DNA of 64,000 nucleotides from Histomonas meleagridis 2922-C6/04-290x (GCA_020184695.1 JAANOX010000081.1:248001-312000); one strand, 5' to 3'. Shown: positions 34,116 through 45,273, numbered from the stretch's first letter. Numbers and translations are program-made. The notes: generated from the letters alone by a model not told the origin.

Positions 34116-34685
34116 TTAATCAATTTCTAAACAACTATATTCTAACTTGAATGAATTTCTTTGTCTTACGCACCATCCAGCACTTGTATTATGATCAAAA
34201 TACTCAAACTTACCAATTTCATACTGCGGCGTTACCTCCGTTGGTTCGCCAACTCTGTGAAACCATGTTTGATATTTTGTGTGAAATCTCCATCCGCGTT
34301 GTTTTAATTCTCGACCTGCGAAATACTGTTGTGATGTTCCTTGGAAGTAAAAAAATATGTAAAACAACGTTGATATGTCAAACCGACAGAAAAACTCGGG
34401 CTGAAGCAATTTTACATTTGGCATCTGTGGGAATGTTGATGGTGTATCAACAGGATGTTGTGGCTTGAAATCACATAATTCATAAGGAACATCTGGAATT
34501 AAATCGGCTGCCATAGATAAGGCATGTGCAAATTCTTGTTGAGACATATCTGTTTGCATAAGTTGTTCGGGACTTTTGATTTCAACTTGTTGAAAGAGAG
34601 GTATGCGTTGGTTTTTTGCCCCTTGATTATCATCAATTCCAGATTTTTTATCGAGTGATCTTCTGTTTGCATTCCCCCTGCTCAT
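34116..34685 (-). CDS. CCR4-NOT subunit NOT3/NOT5-like (NOT-box only)
   Basis: STLFYIFFYFQGTSQQYFAGRELKQRGWRFHTKYQTWFHR...GKFEYFD...FKLEYSCLE matches the NOT3 C-terminal NOT-box; ATG at 34685. Confidence 0.88.
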   Translation of the reverse strand: MSRGNANRRSLDKKSGIDDNQGAKNQRIPLFQQVEIKSPEQLMQTDMSQQEFAHALSMAADLIPDVPYELCDFKPQHPVDTPSTFPQMPNVKLLQPEFFCRFDISTLFYIFFYFQGTSQQYFAGRELKQRGWRFHTKYQTWFHRVGEPTEVTPQYEIGKFEYFDHNTSAGWCVRQRNSFKLEYSCLEID

Positions 34686-35179
34686 CCCGATGACAGTTTT
34701 TTTCACAAGTAGTTTATAAAAAGTGTCATTATTAATATCATTAGTTTTTAAAGAGTTTGCATCTTTTTAAATAATTTTTTGGGAATTTTAGGGTATCTTC
34801 ATGCTCTTAAGTACTAAGCATTAATGCATGTTAGTATATATAGAATATTTTTTTTTTAAATTGTAATCAAAATAGGAAATTTGTGAAAACATTAAAAAAA
34901 TTTAATTAAGTTATTTATTTTATTATTTTTATAAATTGAAGCTTGAATAATTGTTTTTAATTTTTTATTGGTCAGATCCTTCGATCTAAGGATTCTCATA
35001 AATCGTTTTAGTTTTGATTTTGTTGATTCCTATATTTTTAATTTCTATGTATAAGAAAAATCCATACATAAATTTTTGAGGGAAATGTGTTTTTGTTTAA
35101 GATACTTTTTGGAAGTATTTAGGTTTTTTTTACTAAAATTTTGAAGAACACACTTTATTAAAATTGACCAAAATAAGGG

Positions 35180-35924
35180 TACGGGTCCTATTCTAATTTT
35201 CTTATGAATTTTATATATTTTATTCATAATTAAATAACATATGATGTATTTCATTATATATATCTTTTTTTATTCCATAACCAATTCTAAATAAAGATAT
35301 TTATATTTTCATTTTTTTGTATTAAAAATGATCGGTGCAATTAGATTTCAGTTTCTAAATCAAATAAACTATTCAAATATGTACATTTGGTAAAGTTGAA
35401 GTGATCCTTTAACGTATAATTTTAGTGAAAAAGTCAACCCTGTCTCAGAAATCAGAAAAAGATTACCTGATTGGCTACAGGTCTCATTTTTATAGATATC
35501 AAATAAATAAACATATTATATAGAAATGCTATAAAAAAACTAATTTTTTAGAAGACAGAATTTTGATATCTATTATCATTATCAAAATAATTGCAAAATA
35601 ATTTTCTGACTTCTCAATTTTAACTAGAAAGTCAATAATTCTCTTATGAAAAATTGATTATTTTTAATATGCAAAATAATATATAATGAAATATATAAAA
35701 CACCTATTATCATATGCGTAAACCAATTTTATATGAAGATATATTTATTTTTAAGTGTCAAATCTTCAAATATAAGTTTTTGTCTTATAAAGATATAAAA
35801 ATATTATCTACTGTTATTATTAATCTTTGATATATATTTTTTAAAAATTAATATAATGAAAACAACGAGATAATTATATTCTATTTGATGTCAAACGACC
35901 GTTTAGAGAATAGGACCCGTTCTT
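35180..35924. mobile_element. Candidate non-autonomous DNA transposon (MITE, Mutator-like by its 9-bp TSD), 745 bp
   Basis: Exact 14-bp inverted repeat ACGGGTCCTATTCT (35181-35194 on +, 35907-35920 on -), flanked by the 9-bp direct repeat AAATAAGGG (35171-35179 and 35925-35933). AT-rich interior without a credible ORF. Confidence 0.65.
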
Positions 35925-38274
35925 AAATAAGGGAACCTCTGTTTTTCATTAAGTATTTTAACTATTTTTCTGTAACCATTTTCGTTTGCTATGCGATATG
36001 CTTTAACAAATAAAAATTATTATTTATAAATATTGTTTTGAAATATCAGAATATTGTAATAAACAATTTATAAAACTAACAAACAGATGAATTATCAAAA
36101 TTCTCATGATCAATAAGTAATTTTACTATTTTTGAATGCCCGTTTTTAGCAGCAAATATTAGTGCTGTATTAAATATAAAAAATATTTTGTAAATATTAT
36201 ATTCCAATTTTCAAATATTGGTACAAACTTTAATTTAAATATTTAAATATCTTTGGCATTAACATTAATTCCTTTATGCGCAAGAAGAAGCTTTGCTACC
36301 TCAGTATGACCTAGTAGAGATGCATGCATAAGAGGTGTTCTAAATAATTTAAATAAATAAAAAATAATATTTACAAATTCTTAATTATTGAAATAAATAT
36401 TGTGTTAATAAAATAAATATCCTTGGTATCAATATCAATTCCTTTATGTTCAAGAAGTAATTTAACAATTTCTGGATAACATTTTTTCGATGCTATTAGA
36501 AGTGGAGAATAAAAAAAATCATATAAATTCCATGTATATTTTTGAAATATTAAACTATTATGATAAATTTTATGTAAAGAAAATAAATGGTTTTAAGATT
36601 TACATTAATTCCTTTATGATCAAGAAGTAATTTAACTATATCTGTGTCACCATGCGAAGATGCAAAATAAAGGATTGTTTCAAAAAAATAAAATGAATTC
36701 CGAATACTATTTTTGAATAGTTTGAAATTAACAAAGCAAATATTAAATGAAACGAACAAATATCTTTATAATTAACATCAATTCCTTTTTGTTGGAGAAG
36801 TAATTGAACTATTTCTGTATGACCAAATAAATATGCATAAAGAAGAGCTGTTTTAAATATTTTAAGTAATTTTGAAATATTATTTTGAAACGAAGAATTA
36901 TTATAATAAAATCCAAATGAAACGAACAAATATCTTTAGAATTAACATTAATTCCTTTTTGTTGAAGAAGTAATTTAACAGTTTCTGTCAACCCATTTCT
37001 AGATGCATACATAAGTGCTGTTGCAAATCATTTAAATGATTTCCAAATATTATTTTAAAATACAATATTATTAAAATAATCACTAAACATAATAAAAAAA
37101 TATCACATGCATTTATATCTACTCCTTTTTGTTCTAAAATATTTTTAACAAGTTCAATGTTTCCCGATTCTGATGAAAATAATAAAATATCCTTTGGAAT
37201 TGGATTGCTTTGAAGGAAATATTTAACAAGATACAAGTTTCCATGTGTTGCTGACTTATTAATTATAGAATCATCAATTTTCATTCCTTCTTTTTCCAAA
37301 AATAATAAAGTACTATAATTACCACTTTGAACACAAAAGATACCCAAACTATTAATGTTTTTTGAACCACCTGATTGAAAGGTAACCCTCGTTAATGGTT
37401 TTAATAATAATGGATTTGGAACTGATAATGTGATGAGACCTGAAATATTTTCAACCAAATTTTCTAATTTATTTTCATAAAGATAATGAAAGATGTCATT
37501 TCGATGAAATTTAATTGCTGCTTCATAGGCACCATCAAATGTTGAATGATTTTGTTCACATAAATGAATGATTTCAAGATTGCCGCCTGCAACAGCATAT
37601 TTACCTGTATTACTTACATTTGCATGATTTAATAATAAATATTTAAAACAATTAACTGATCTAAAAAATGCTGCATAATCAATTAACGAAACATCTATAC
37701 TGTTAATAAAATCACACATTTCATATGGTGATGGTTTAATCCTTTGATTAAAATCGAAATCATTTTGCGATGATATTTCTTGAAGTTTTTGGATTTCATC
37801 ATTTTGAATTATTTTCGCAATTTCAGTCGGATTATGTTTTTCTTTAATTAATTGCTCATGAATTTCAATATTATTCTTTGGAGCTTCACTACAATTTTGT
37901 TTGGAATAAAATTTTTCTTCCATCTTTTTAATATTTTCAATGAATTTTTTTATGATTTTAGAATTGTTTATTTTAATTTCTTCTTCTTTATTTTGAAGTA
38001 TCTCTAAATATTTTAAATATGTTGGTTTGATATCTGCTTTTGTGTAAAACGAAAAATAAATCAAATTGTAAATAACTAGATTAAATGTATCTGGAAAATT
38101 TGCATCAAATAAATTCATTGTTTGCTCAATGGATGTTTCAAGATTTTTTTCATTTAAATTAAATATGATTTGCTCAAGTGATGTGAGCAATTCCATATAT
38201 TTAGATTTTTGATCAGAACCACATCTTGCTTTTGAACCTATAAAATTGGTATGGTCTTGAACCTTTTCTTGCAT
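35903..38274 (-). CDS. DUF3447-type ankyrin-repeat protein (about 630 aa after removing seven non-canonical insert modules)
   Basis: SLIDYAAFFRSVNCFKYLL and YAVAGGNLEIIHLCEQ..AAIKFHRNDIFHYL are typical of the trichomonad ankyrin family. Seven further ankyrin repeats are each split by 51(54)+17 nt. 2372-479=1893 nt = 631 codons with no internal stop. Confidence 0.75.
36008..37101 (-). other. Seven insert modules [51/54-nt insert, 9-nt micro-exon, 17-nt insert] at 37025-37101, 36855-36931, 36682-36761, 36512-36588, 36342-36418, 36172-36248, 36008-36084
   Basis: Counted by hand. Module-to-module spacings are 170, 170, 173, 170, 170 and 164 nt. No GT...AG pair gives the frame-restoring lengths. 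Confidence 0.8.
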
Positions 38275-38731
38275 TCAAGCAATGGATTAAACGTATTTTA
38301 AATATTGAAAATTTTAGTAAAGCTATCAAAATCAAATTTGTATATTATTAAATCATTTGCAAATAAGTAAACACTTGCATATGCTTTTATTACCAACAAA
38401 TAAAATTTTATTCAAAAATTCTTCTCCAGTGATGTTGAACATTTGATATTATCTCAAAAGGAAGAGAAGAAAAAAATTTAATAGTTATCTTTACAAGGAG
38501 TACGAATCACTTGGAAGTCGGCAACGAATGTGTGAGATAGATCTATTAATTATTTTGGAAATAACAAATTAGAAAAATTATGCAATCAATAAAAATTTGA
38601 ACTTGATCAAATAACTGAACAATTACCTTATGAAATTAGTTTCCTCATTGGTTATTTGCATAAATATTTTTTGTATAATCAAAATAGATTTATATGAAAG
38701 AGAGAAAAATAAGAAATGTGATGTGAAATCT

Positions 38732-40261
38732 ATGTCTTCCAAACTCCGCAAAGCAAAATCTCCCAGCTTTCGATCTCATGCAAGTGGTGGGCAGCAAAGA
38801 ATAAGAAATCAAGCAGCCTCTTCACAAAATAAAAAAATTGCGCTTCAACCAATATCACCCAAAACCAATGAAATTGATGATGAAACTCAACCAATTTCTG
38901 ATTTCCCATCTCCTCCTGTTCAAATAGTTTCGTGTAGGCATGGAATGTCTGGTGTTATGGTTCAACTTCCTTCTCTTGCGTCAGCTGCAAAAGGAGAAAT
39001 TCCACAACTTGCATTTAAAAAACTCAAACAATGCTGCCACATTTGCGATTTTTCGGAAGCCGACAGAGATGTTAGTTATAAAGCCACAAAAAAAGCTACA
39101 TTAAATGAATTAATTGATTGTTATTCTAATCCAAAAACATTTTCACGCCTTACACGTGAATGCCATCAACAACTTATAGAAATGTTTTCTGTCAATGTTT
39201 TTCGTCCACCTCCAAGCATTCCACGAGAAATCTTAGTATCTGATGAAGTTACAATCGAAGACACAGCGTGGCCTCACTTACAACTTGTGTACATTCTATT
39301 TCTTAAGTTTCTTGATTGCAGTGTTGATCCACGTATCCTTCAATATCAATTATCACCTAAGTTCATTTCCAACATTTTTGCCGTTTTGGACTTCCCTGAT
39401 GAAAGAGAGAGAGGACAAGCTAAAGCAGTCATCTCGTCCATCTTTAACAAGGTGCCACCACAACGTCAGCTGCTTTTCAACGTGACCGTTAATTTACTTT
39501 TGAGCGTTCCCGACGGTTTTGAACTCAATGCCGCATCAAATCTTCTTGAGCTTTTTTATCTTTTTACGGAAGGTAGTCCACCGCCTTTAACACCTGCTAT
39601 GGTTACTGCTTTCAATAAGGTTTTGTTACCTCTTCATCTTCCTTCAAGATGTCAACGGTATTTTCCACCATTAGTTAAATGTATTTTATTAATGATTAGA
39701 AAAGATGCCAGACTTGGCAATAATTTGTTGTCGTTCTTAATATCACATTGGCCATTAACATTAGATCATAAAGCAGAATTATTTCTGGACGAGATTTTAC
39801 AAATGATTAGAGAAACAGTACCAAAGTTTATTAGCAGTAATATAAAAGGTTTGTTTACATGCGTTTCAATTGCTGCAGAGTCACCTTCAATGAACTTGGC
39901 TGGAAAAGCTCTTAATTTTTTATTGGATAACAAAATTAAAAATTTTATTGTCGAACAGCCACACTTACTTTTGGGAATAGTCTTCCCTGCTTTGTTTAGG
40001 GTAGCTCGTGGACATTGGCATCGAAATGTTCAAGTGACCGCATTAAATGTGATGAACACTCTTATGGAACTGGACCCAGAGTCCTTTAAACAAGTGGCTC
40101 TGGAGTTCAAAATGAGCTCTTTGAATGAGAAATACACAAAACAGATGAAATTGAAATTATGGAAATCTGTTGTCAAAGTTGCCTCAAAAAATGATGACTC
40201 ATTCGACCCTAAGGCTGTAAAGGCAGAGATATCCAACTTTTATACTGGAAAATTTGTTTGA
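38732..40261 (+). CDS. Protein phosphatase 2A regulatory subunit B' (B56)
   Basis: KKLKQCCHICDF, EMFSVNVFRPPP, DTAWPHLQLVY, LDFPDERER, KVLLPLH, HWP, ESPSMNLAGKAL, GHWHRNV. Likely ATG at 38732 (MSSKLRK). Confidence 0.93.
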   Translation: MSSKLRKAKSPSFRSHASGGQQRIRNQAASSQNKKIALQPISPKTNEIDDETQPISDFPSPPVQIVSCRHGMSGVMVQLPSLASAAKGEIPQLAFKKLKQCCHICDFSEADRDVSYKATKKATLNELIDCYSNPKTFSRLTRECHQQLIEMFSVNVFRPPPSIPREILVSDEVTIEDTAWPHLQLVYILFLKFLDCSVDPRILQYQLSPKFISNIFAVLDFPDERERGQAKAVISSIFNKVPPQRQLLFNVTVNLLLSVPDGFELNAASNLLELFYLFTEGSPPPLTPAMVTAFNKVLLPLHLPSRCQRYFPPLVKCILLMIRKDARLGNNLLSFLISHWPLTLDHKAELFLDEILQMIRETVPKFISSNIKGLFTCVSIAAESPSMNLAGKALNFLLDNKIKNFIVEQPHLLLGIVFPALFRVARGHWHRNVQVTALNVMNTLMELDPESFKQVALEFKMSSLNEKYTKQMKLKLWKSVVKVASKNDDSFDPKAVKAEISNFYTGKFV

Positions 40262-40643
40262 TATAAATTTGTATATAAATCTATTTTTAGCGAAATCCAT
40301 TTGTTTTTGATAAAATTTATGTTTGCGTTTGAATCCTTTAGAATATGAAACATGGAATAAATTTTATTGAAAAGAAATTAAATTTCATATTCTTTGTAAA
40401 ATAGAAATTGAAATATTAAATTCGTAAGCTTAATGAGGGCTTTTGCTTTTTTAGTGAATTATTTTTCTTTAGTAATTTTATGAACATTCCATACATACAT
40501 TAAAAATGTAAATTTTATAACAATTTGTCTTCAAAAACAAAATAATCCCAAAAGACATTTAAAGTATAATTTGCCTTTTTCTATAGTATTCATGTCCTAG
40601 AAATAAGCAGAGAGTTCATTCATTTAGAGTACGTTTAAAATTA

Positions 40644-42079
40644 ATGTTTCTTGGGAAAAATATCCCCTCCGAAGAATCTCTCCAAAACTGGAATACGGAT
40701 GATTTACATAAGCACTTACTTTTATGTTTGATAAATGATAATGCACAACAGGCTTATGAAATTTGCGCTAATTTAATTCCTCATTCGACCACATTTGAAA
40801 GTCTTCCATCTGGGTTTAGATGTTTTGGAAGACTTCCAATTCCATTTATAAACATGGCTGCTTCTTTAGGTTCATTTCAATGCGTTTCAATGTTTTTATC
40901 ACAAGGCATTGATATTAATTCAACTGATGGTGTTAGGAATGCTGTTTCTCATTGTGCCTGTTTTTCAGGCAATCAAAGTATTGTTGAAATGTTAGAAGAA
41001 AATGGTGCTGACTTTACTTTAAAAAACATGAATGAAAGTCTTCCAATCCATTGCGCATCGGAAAATAATCAAATAGAAACAATTCAATATTTAATTGAAA
41101 ACGAACTTTCAGAAATTGATGTTCAAAATTGTTTTCAGCACACACCTTTATCGATAGCCATTCAACATGATTATATTGATTTATCCAAATTTTTATTAAT
41201 AAATCATTCAGATCCAACCATATTAGATGAAGAAAGAAATACACTTCTTCATTTTATAGTATCGAATAATTCTATGGAATTACTTTCGTTTATAACTCCA
41301 ACGAAAGCAATTCCAATAAATTCGAAAAATATTAAAGGTGAAACACCACTTTTAATAGCTGCAAAGAATGGAAACATAGAAATCATCCAATTTTTATTGA
41401 ATGAAGGCGCAGATCCATTAATTACCGATTTTAAAAATCGAAACATTTTAATGTATACAATTCTTTCTGGGAACATTGAAGCTGTTTCATTTATAATTTC
41501 ATTAAATATACCGAATGTACTTAATGTGGATTCTTATGGAATTTCTTTTTAAATATATTATTCGCCTCTTCACTATGCTGCTAAAATAAGGTCAATCGAA
41601 ATAATGAAAGCTGTTGCATTATTAGATGATTCACATTTAAATGATGTGTCATCTGGTTTTACACCTCTTCATATTGCTTGTAAACATAATAACTTTGAGG
41701 CTGTTAAATTTCTTTGTTTACATCAAAGAATCGATGGTTTCATCGAAAACTGGTGTTCACAAAATGCATTTCATATTGCAGCAAGAATTCCTAATTTGGA
41801 AATGTTTGTGTTCTTGTATGAAAGATTTCATTATGATTTGTCTATTGCTGATATTAATGGGATTTATTTAATTTGTTTTGGACACCTTTACATTATGCTG
41901 TTGAAAAAGGTTCTCTTAAAATGGTTGAGTTTCTTTTGGAAAATGGAGCTGATCCTTCCCTTACTATAAACGATGATGAAACTAATGCTTGGTTGATTGG
42001 TTTAAAAAGGGAATCTCTAAGAATCGCAAAAGTATTAGAACATTTCGGAGATGAAATGTCAGTTCAATATGAAGAATGA
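40644..42079 (+). CDS. Ankyrin-repeat protein (about 466 aa after removing an 18-nt and a 17-nt insert)
   Basis: Three consecutive ankyrin ORFs in the track join into one when 41541-41558 and 41862-41878 are removed, giving DSYG-Y-SPLHYAAK and DING-W-TPLHYAVEKG. Confidence 0.78.
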
Positions 42080-42808
42080 AAATTTGTTTTTGTAAATGTT
42101 AATATTAATTTTTATTTTTTTATTTTTTTTCCTTGCAAATATTATTATTCATTATTAAAAGAAATGACTTTTCCAATTATTAAAAATTGTAATTACTGAT
42201 TTATAAGTGTTAAACAAGTGACAAAAAATAATAAAAGGTTTCTGCTTTTGTGGTTTCTTCATTTGAGAAAAAATGCATAAAATATTGATTTCTTTACTTT
42301 TGGAATCAAGGAAATTATTTTCAATTAAATTAAATTAAATATAAGATATTTGATTCTTGTGTATATTTATCAAAGAAATATTTTGTGAAATTTTCGAATA
42401 ATTCGGATTTCCATTTATTATTTTCTTCAAATGTTTCAATTACTTTTACAAAAAAATATAAATATATATCCAAATCAATCTTTTTCATAATAAATAATCT
42501 GTATATTATTTCACTAAGGAATCTATTTAATGATAATGGATAAAAAAAGAAACACGAATAAATTAGATCTTTTTTTTAGGCATTAAACTGTGAATCGAAA
42601 ATGTGATAAAACTTTTTGTAAGACAAATTTATTCAAAACAGATCTTTTTTGCTTCATAATTTGGATTTTTTGTTAAAGTCACACTTTATCGTCCAATGAC
42701 ACATACAATTTTCAAATAAAAATTGAATTGGTTATCGAGAAAATTCAATACTTTATATATGAAATGACTCAATCCCATTTTAAGGTTGTTTTTTGAACAA
42801 ATATAAGC

Positions 42809-43435
42809 ATGAAACAAAATGCTTCTTCAGATTTTTGCAAGCAACTTGAATCCCATTTCTTGAATGCTATTAAGTCCGATATACCAACTGAAAGTGTTGA
42901 TGGAATTTTAAAAATTTTATATTCAATAATTGAAATAGTTATCATGCTCAAAGTATCTCCTGTCAACACTACAGTAATTGGTATCTTCATGTTCAATGAT
43001 AGAATCCTTGTACATTACTTATTATTTTCTCAATTTTTAAGGACAAAGGAATCAGTCATCAGATCTATTTTTTCGGACCCGTCATTCAAAGCAGTTCCTT
43101 TAACGCAAAAAGAGTATTCCACACTTTGCATGATGAAATATATTCGTGGAAGTAAATATGATTGGCGTGTTCATGTTTATCCAGGAAATCACACATCAGA
43201 ATTAATCATGAAGTGCTTGAAGATAAATGGCATAGGTTCTTTCTTTTTGTTACCTGAACATGAAATATTTGAAAATACAAAAAAGCAAAAATTAACACTT
43301 TCCACAGTTCCTTTAATGGATTTAAAACCACCACCTTCGATGGAGTTAGCAAACAAGCCAATAGAAAAAATTACATCTTATTTTGCAGAAGATGATCCTG
43401 GAGCAGGAAAATGTTGGCTTCTGTATAAGAATTAG
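42809..43435 (+). CDS. Hypothetical protein (208 aa)
   Basis: ATG-started ORF with coding-like composition; no recognised motif. Confidence 0.65.
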   Translation: MKQNASSDFCKQLESHFLNAIKSDIPTESVDGILKILYSIIEIVIMLKVSPVNTTVIGIFMFNDRILVHYLLFSQFLRTKESVIRSIFSDPSFKAVPLTQKEYSTLCMMKYIRGSKYDWRVHVYPGNHTSELIMKCLKINGIGSFFLLPEHEIFENTKKQKLTLSTVPLMDLKPPPSMELANKPIEKITSYFAEDDPGAGKCWLLYKN

Positions 43436-43611
43436 AATAAAATACAAAATTTGTTTTTAATAAATGTTTTAAACATTTTTTTTTTTATTTTTAAAATCAC
43501 TCATTGCATTGTTTATCTATATGAATTTTTTATATTTAAATTTCTTTGAATTTTTGTTTCATATTATTTTATCAAATATAAAAAATATAAATATTTTTAT
43601 TTATTTATTTC

Positions 43612-45057
43612 TTAAACAATTTCAATAATATCTGAATATTCATCTTCTGACAAGTTCTTTATTTCGTTTACCTTTTCTGCCTTTTTAACTAACATTACTT
43701 CTTTATTCACACTATTTAATACCAACACATTTATATTTTTCTCATCCTCAGCAAGATCACATATAGATAACACAGCCACATTACCCAAATTATTTACCTC
43801 ACATAAAAACTTATCCACATCTGGATAATCAGGGTCAAATATGATACTTCCATTATAAACAATAGAAGGTTCCTTTGCCCCAATAAATTTTCCTATATCA
43901 CTACATTTGGTTTCCGCGAAATTACATGAAACTTTCCAAAACTCAACGCCACACACAGGACATTTAGGATTCGGCTTTTCTAACTCAGTTGGTGTTAATC
44001 TCGGTCCATTTAAATCATGTGATAACCAGACCGCTTTAACATTATTATTCGATGACAAATTTAACATTCTTTCCATTTGCATAACAGAAATACCCGAAAT
44101 TATACTGTTAGTAGTGGAAAGAGAAGGCTCAACAACAGATACAAGACCTTTGGCATCGAACATTGAACACATCCGATTAATGTGAAATGATAACGCTTGA
44201 AGATTAGCTGCAGATGTAGTAAACGCTAAATGTTCAATGTTATCTTTGTCGAATGTTAATGGTGGATTAAGTTTCGTTGAAAGATATTTAAAGACAGAAA
44301 CAGATTCGTCATCACTCCATACATCTGTTGGTCGTGAAATTGGTTCGGCGTTTGGCGGTGACTCATTTTCGATAATTGTAGGTGGAGTTCGCGTTTTCCA
44401 CATTCCTTCGTTCTTTTGAAGATCAAGAATTCGATCTACAAACAAATAATGAAATGGTGTTACATTAGGAGATATCGTTACAACATCGGTAGACTCATTG
44501 TTGCTGTACATAGCGTTAAATAGATGAAATGCCCATGCCGCACAATGTTCATAAGACTCTGGGGTACTACGGATTGTACATGTGATTTTGGGGCCTGTGG
44601 GTTCAACGGTGGGAGTGCAACTAAAACATGATGTAATAAAGGGAAATATTGGAATTGATTGAGCGAACCGACCAGATGAAGCACAATCTATTAATGGTTT
44701 ATTGGAAAATACACAAAGTTTGTTGACTTTTTCACGTGCTGATATATTATCGACTGCACAAAACACAAAATTAAAATTGCCAATAAAAGAAAGATTGAAA
44801 TCATTACTGAGAACATCCATTGTTAATCCCATAATTTGGATAGTGGGGAAAAGACGAGTGACATTCAAGGCTAACACACGCGCTTTTGATTCTCCTATAT
44901 CATTTTCACTGTAAAAAAATTGTCGGCTTAAATTTGAAAGTGAAACTGTGTCAAAATCAATCACGGTAATTTTAAGATATCCTTTAATTGCAAGACATTT
45001 AACTACTTCACACCCAATTCCACCGGCACCAACAACCAATATGGAAAGATCGCTCAT
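43612..45057 (-). CDS. UBA2: Ubiquitin-like activating enzyme E1, UBA2 (SUMO E1 subunit)-like
   Basis: VVGAGGIGCE, SNLSRQF, AVDNISAREKVN, Zn motifs CFSC and CPVC, catalytic TCTIRSTP...HCAAWA (UBA2-type). Confidence 0.82.
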   Translation of the reverse strand: MSDLSILVVGAGGIGCEVVKCLAIKGYLKITVIDFDTVSLSNLSRQFFYSENDIGESKARVLALNVTRLFPTIQIMGLTMDVLSNDFNLSFIGNFNFVFCAVDNISAREKVNKLCVFSNKPLIDCASSGRFAQSIPIFPFITSCFSCTPTVEPTGPKITCTIRSTPESYEHCAAWAFHLFNAMYSNNESTDVVTISPNVTPFHYLFVDRILDLQKNEGMWKTRTPPTIIENESPPNAEPISRPTDVWSDDESVSVFKYLSTKLNPPLTFDKDNIEHLAFTTSAANLQALSFHINRMCSMFDAKGLVSVVEPSLSTTNSIISGISVMQMERMLNLSSNNNVKAVWLSHDLNGPRLTPTELEKPNPKCPVCGVEFWKVSCNFAETKCSDIGKFIGAKEPSIVYNGSIIFDPDYPDVDKFLCEVNNLGNVAVLSICDLAEDEKNINVLVLNSVNKEVMLVKKAEKVNEIKNLSEDEYSDIIEIV

Positions 45058-45273
45058 TTTTCTATCGGCATGGTTTCAATGTTTTACAAAATCATGAAAA
45101 CAACCTAAAAATGAAAAAAAAAAAACGATTATATCATCTGTAAGTAATATATAATTTTATGTTAAATTTACTTCCAATCACATGGTATTGCGAAATTATG
45201 AGTTAACTCAAAATGATTAAAATGATGAATTAAAATTAAAAAAAAATTGATATATATTCTTTAACCTAGCGAT

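Noticed and set aside
36008-37101. Treating each module as one contiguous 68-nt intron
   Set aside because: It restores the frame but loses the conserved Gly of x-x-G-x-T seen in several micro-exons, and it does not explain the stand-alone 17/18-nt inserts. Not fully excluded without cDNA.
36006-37103. Reading the ankyrin inserts as single U12-type AT-AC introns (G|ATATTT...AC|A)
   Set aside because: Removal leaves G+A (frameshift) and deletes conserved ankyrin residues. The 5' end lacks ATATCCTT, and modules 4 and 7 lack the AT-AC pair.
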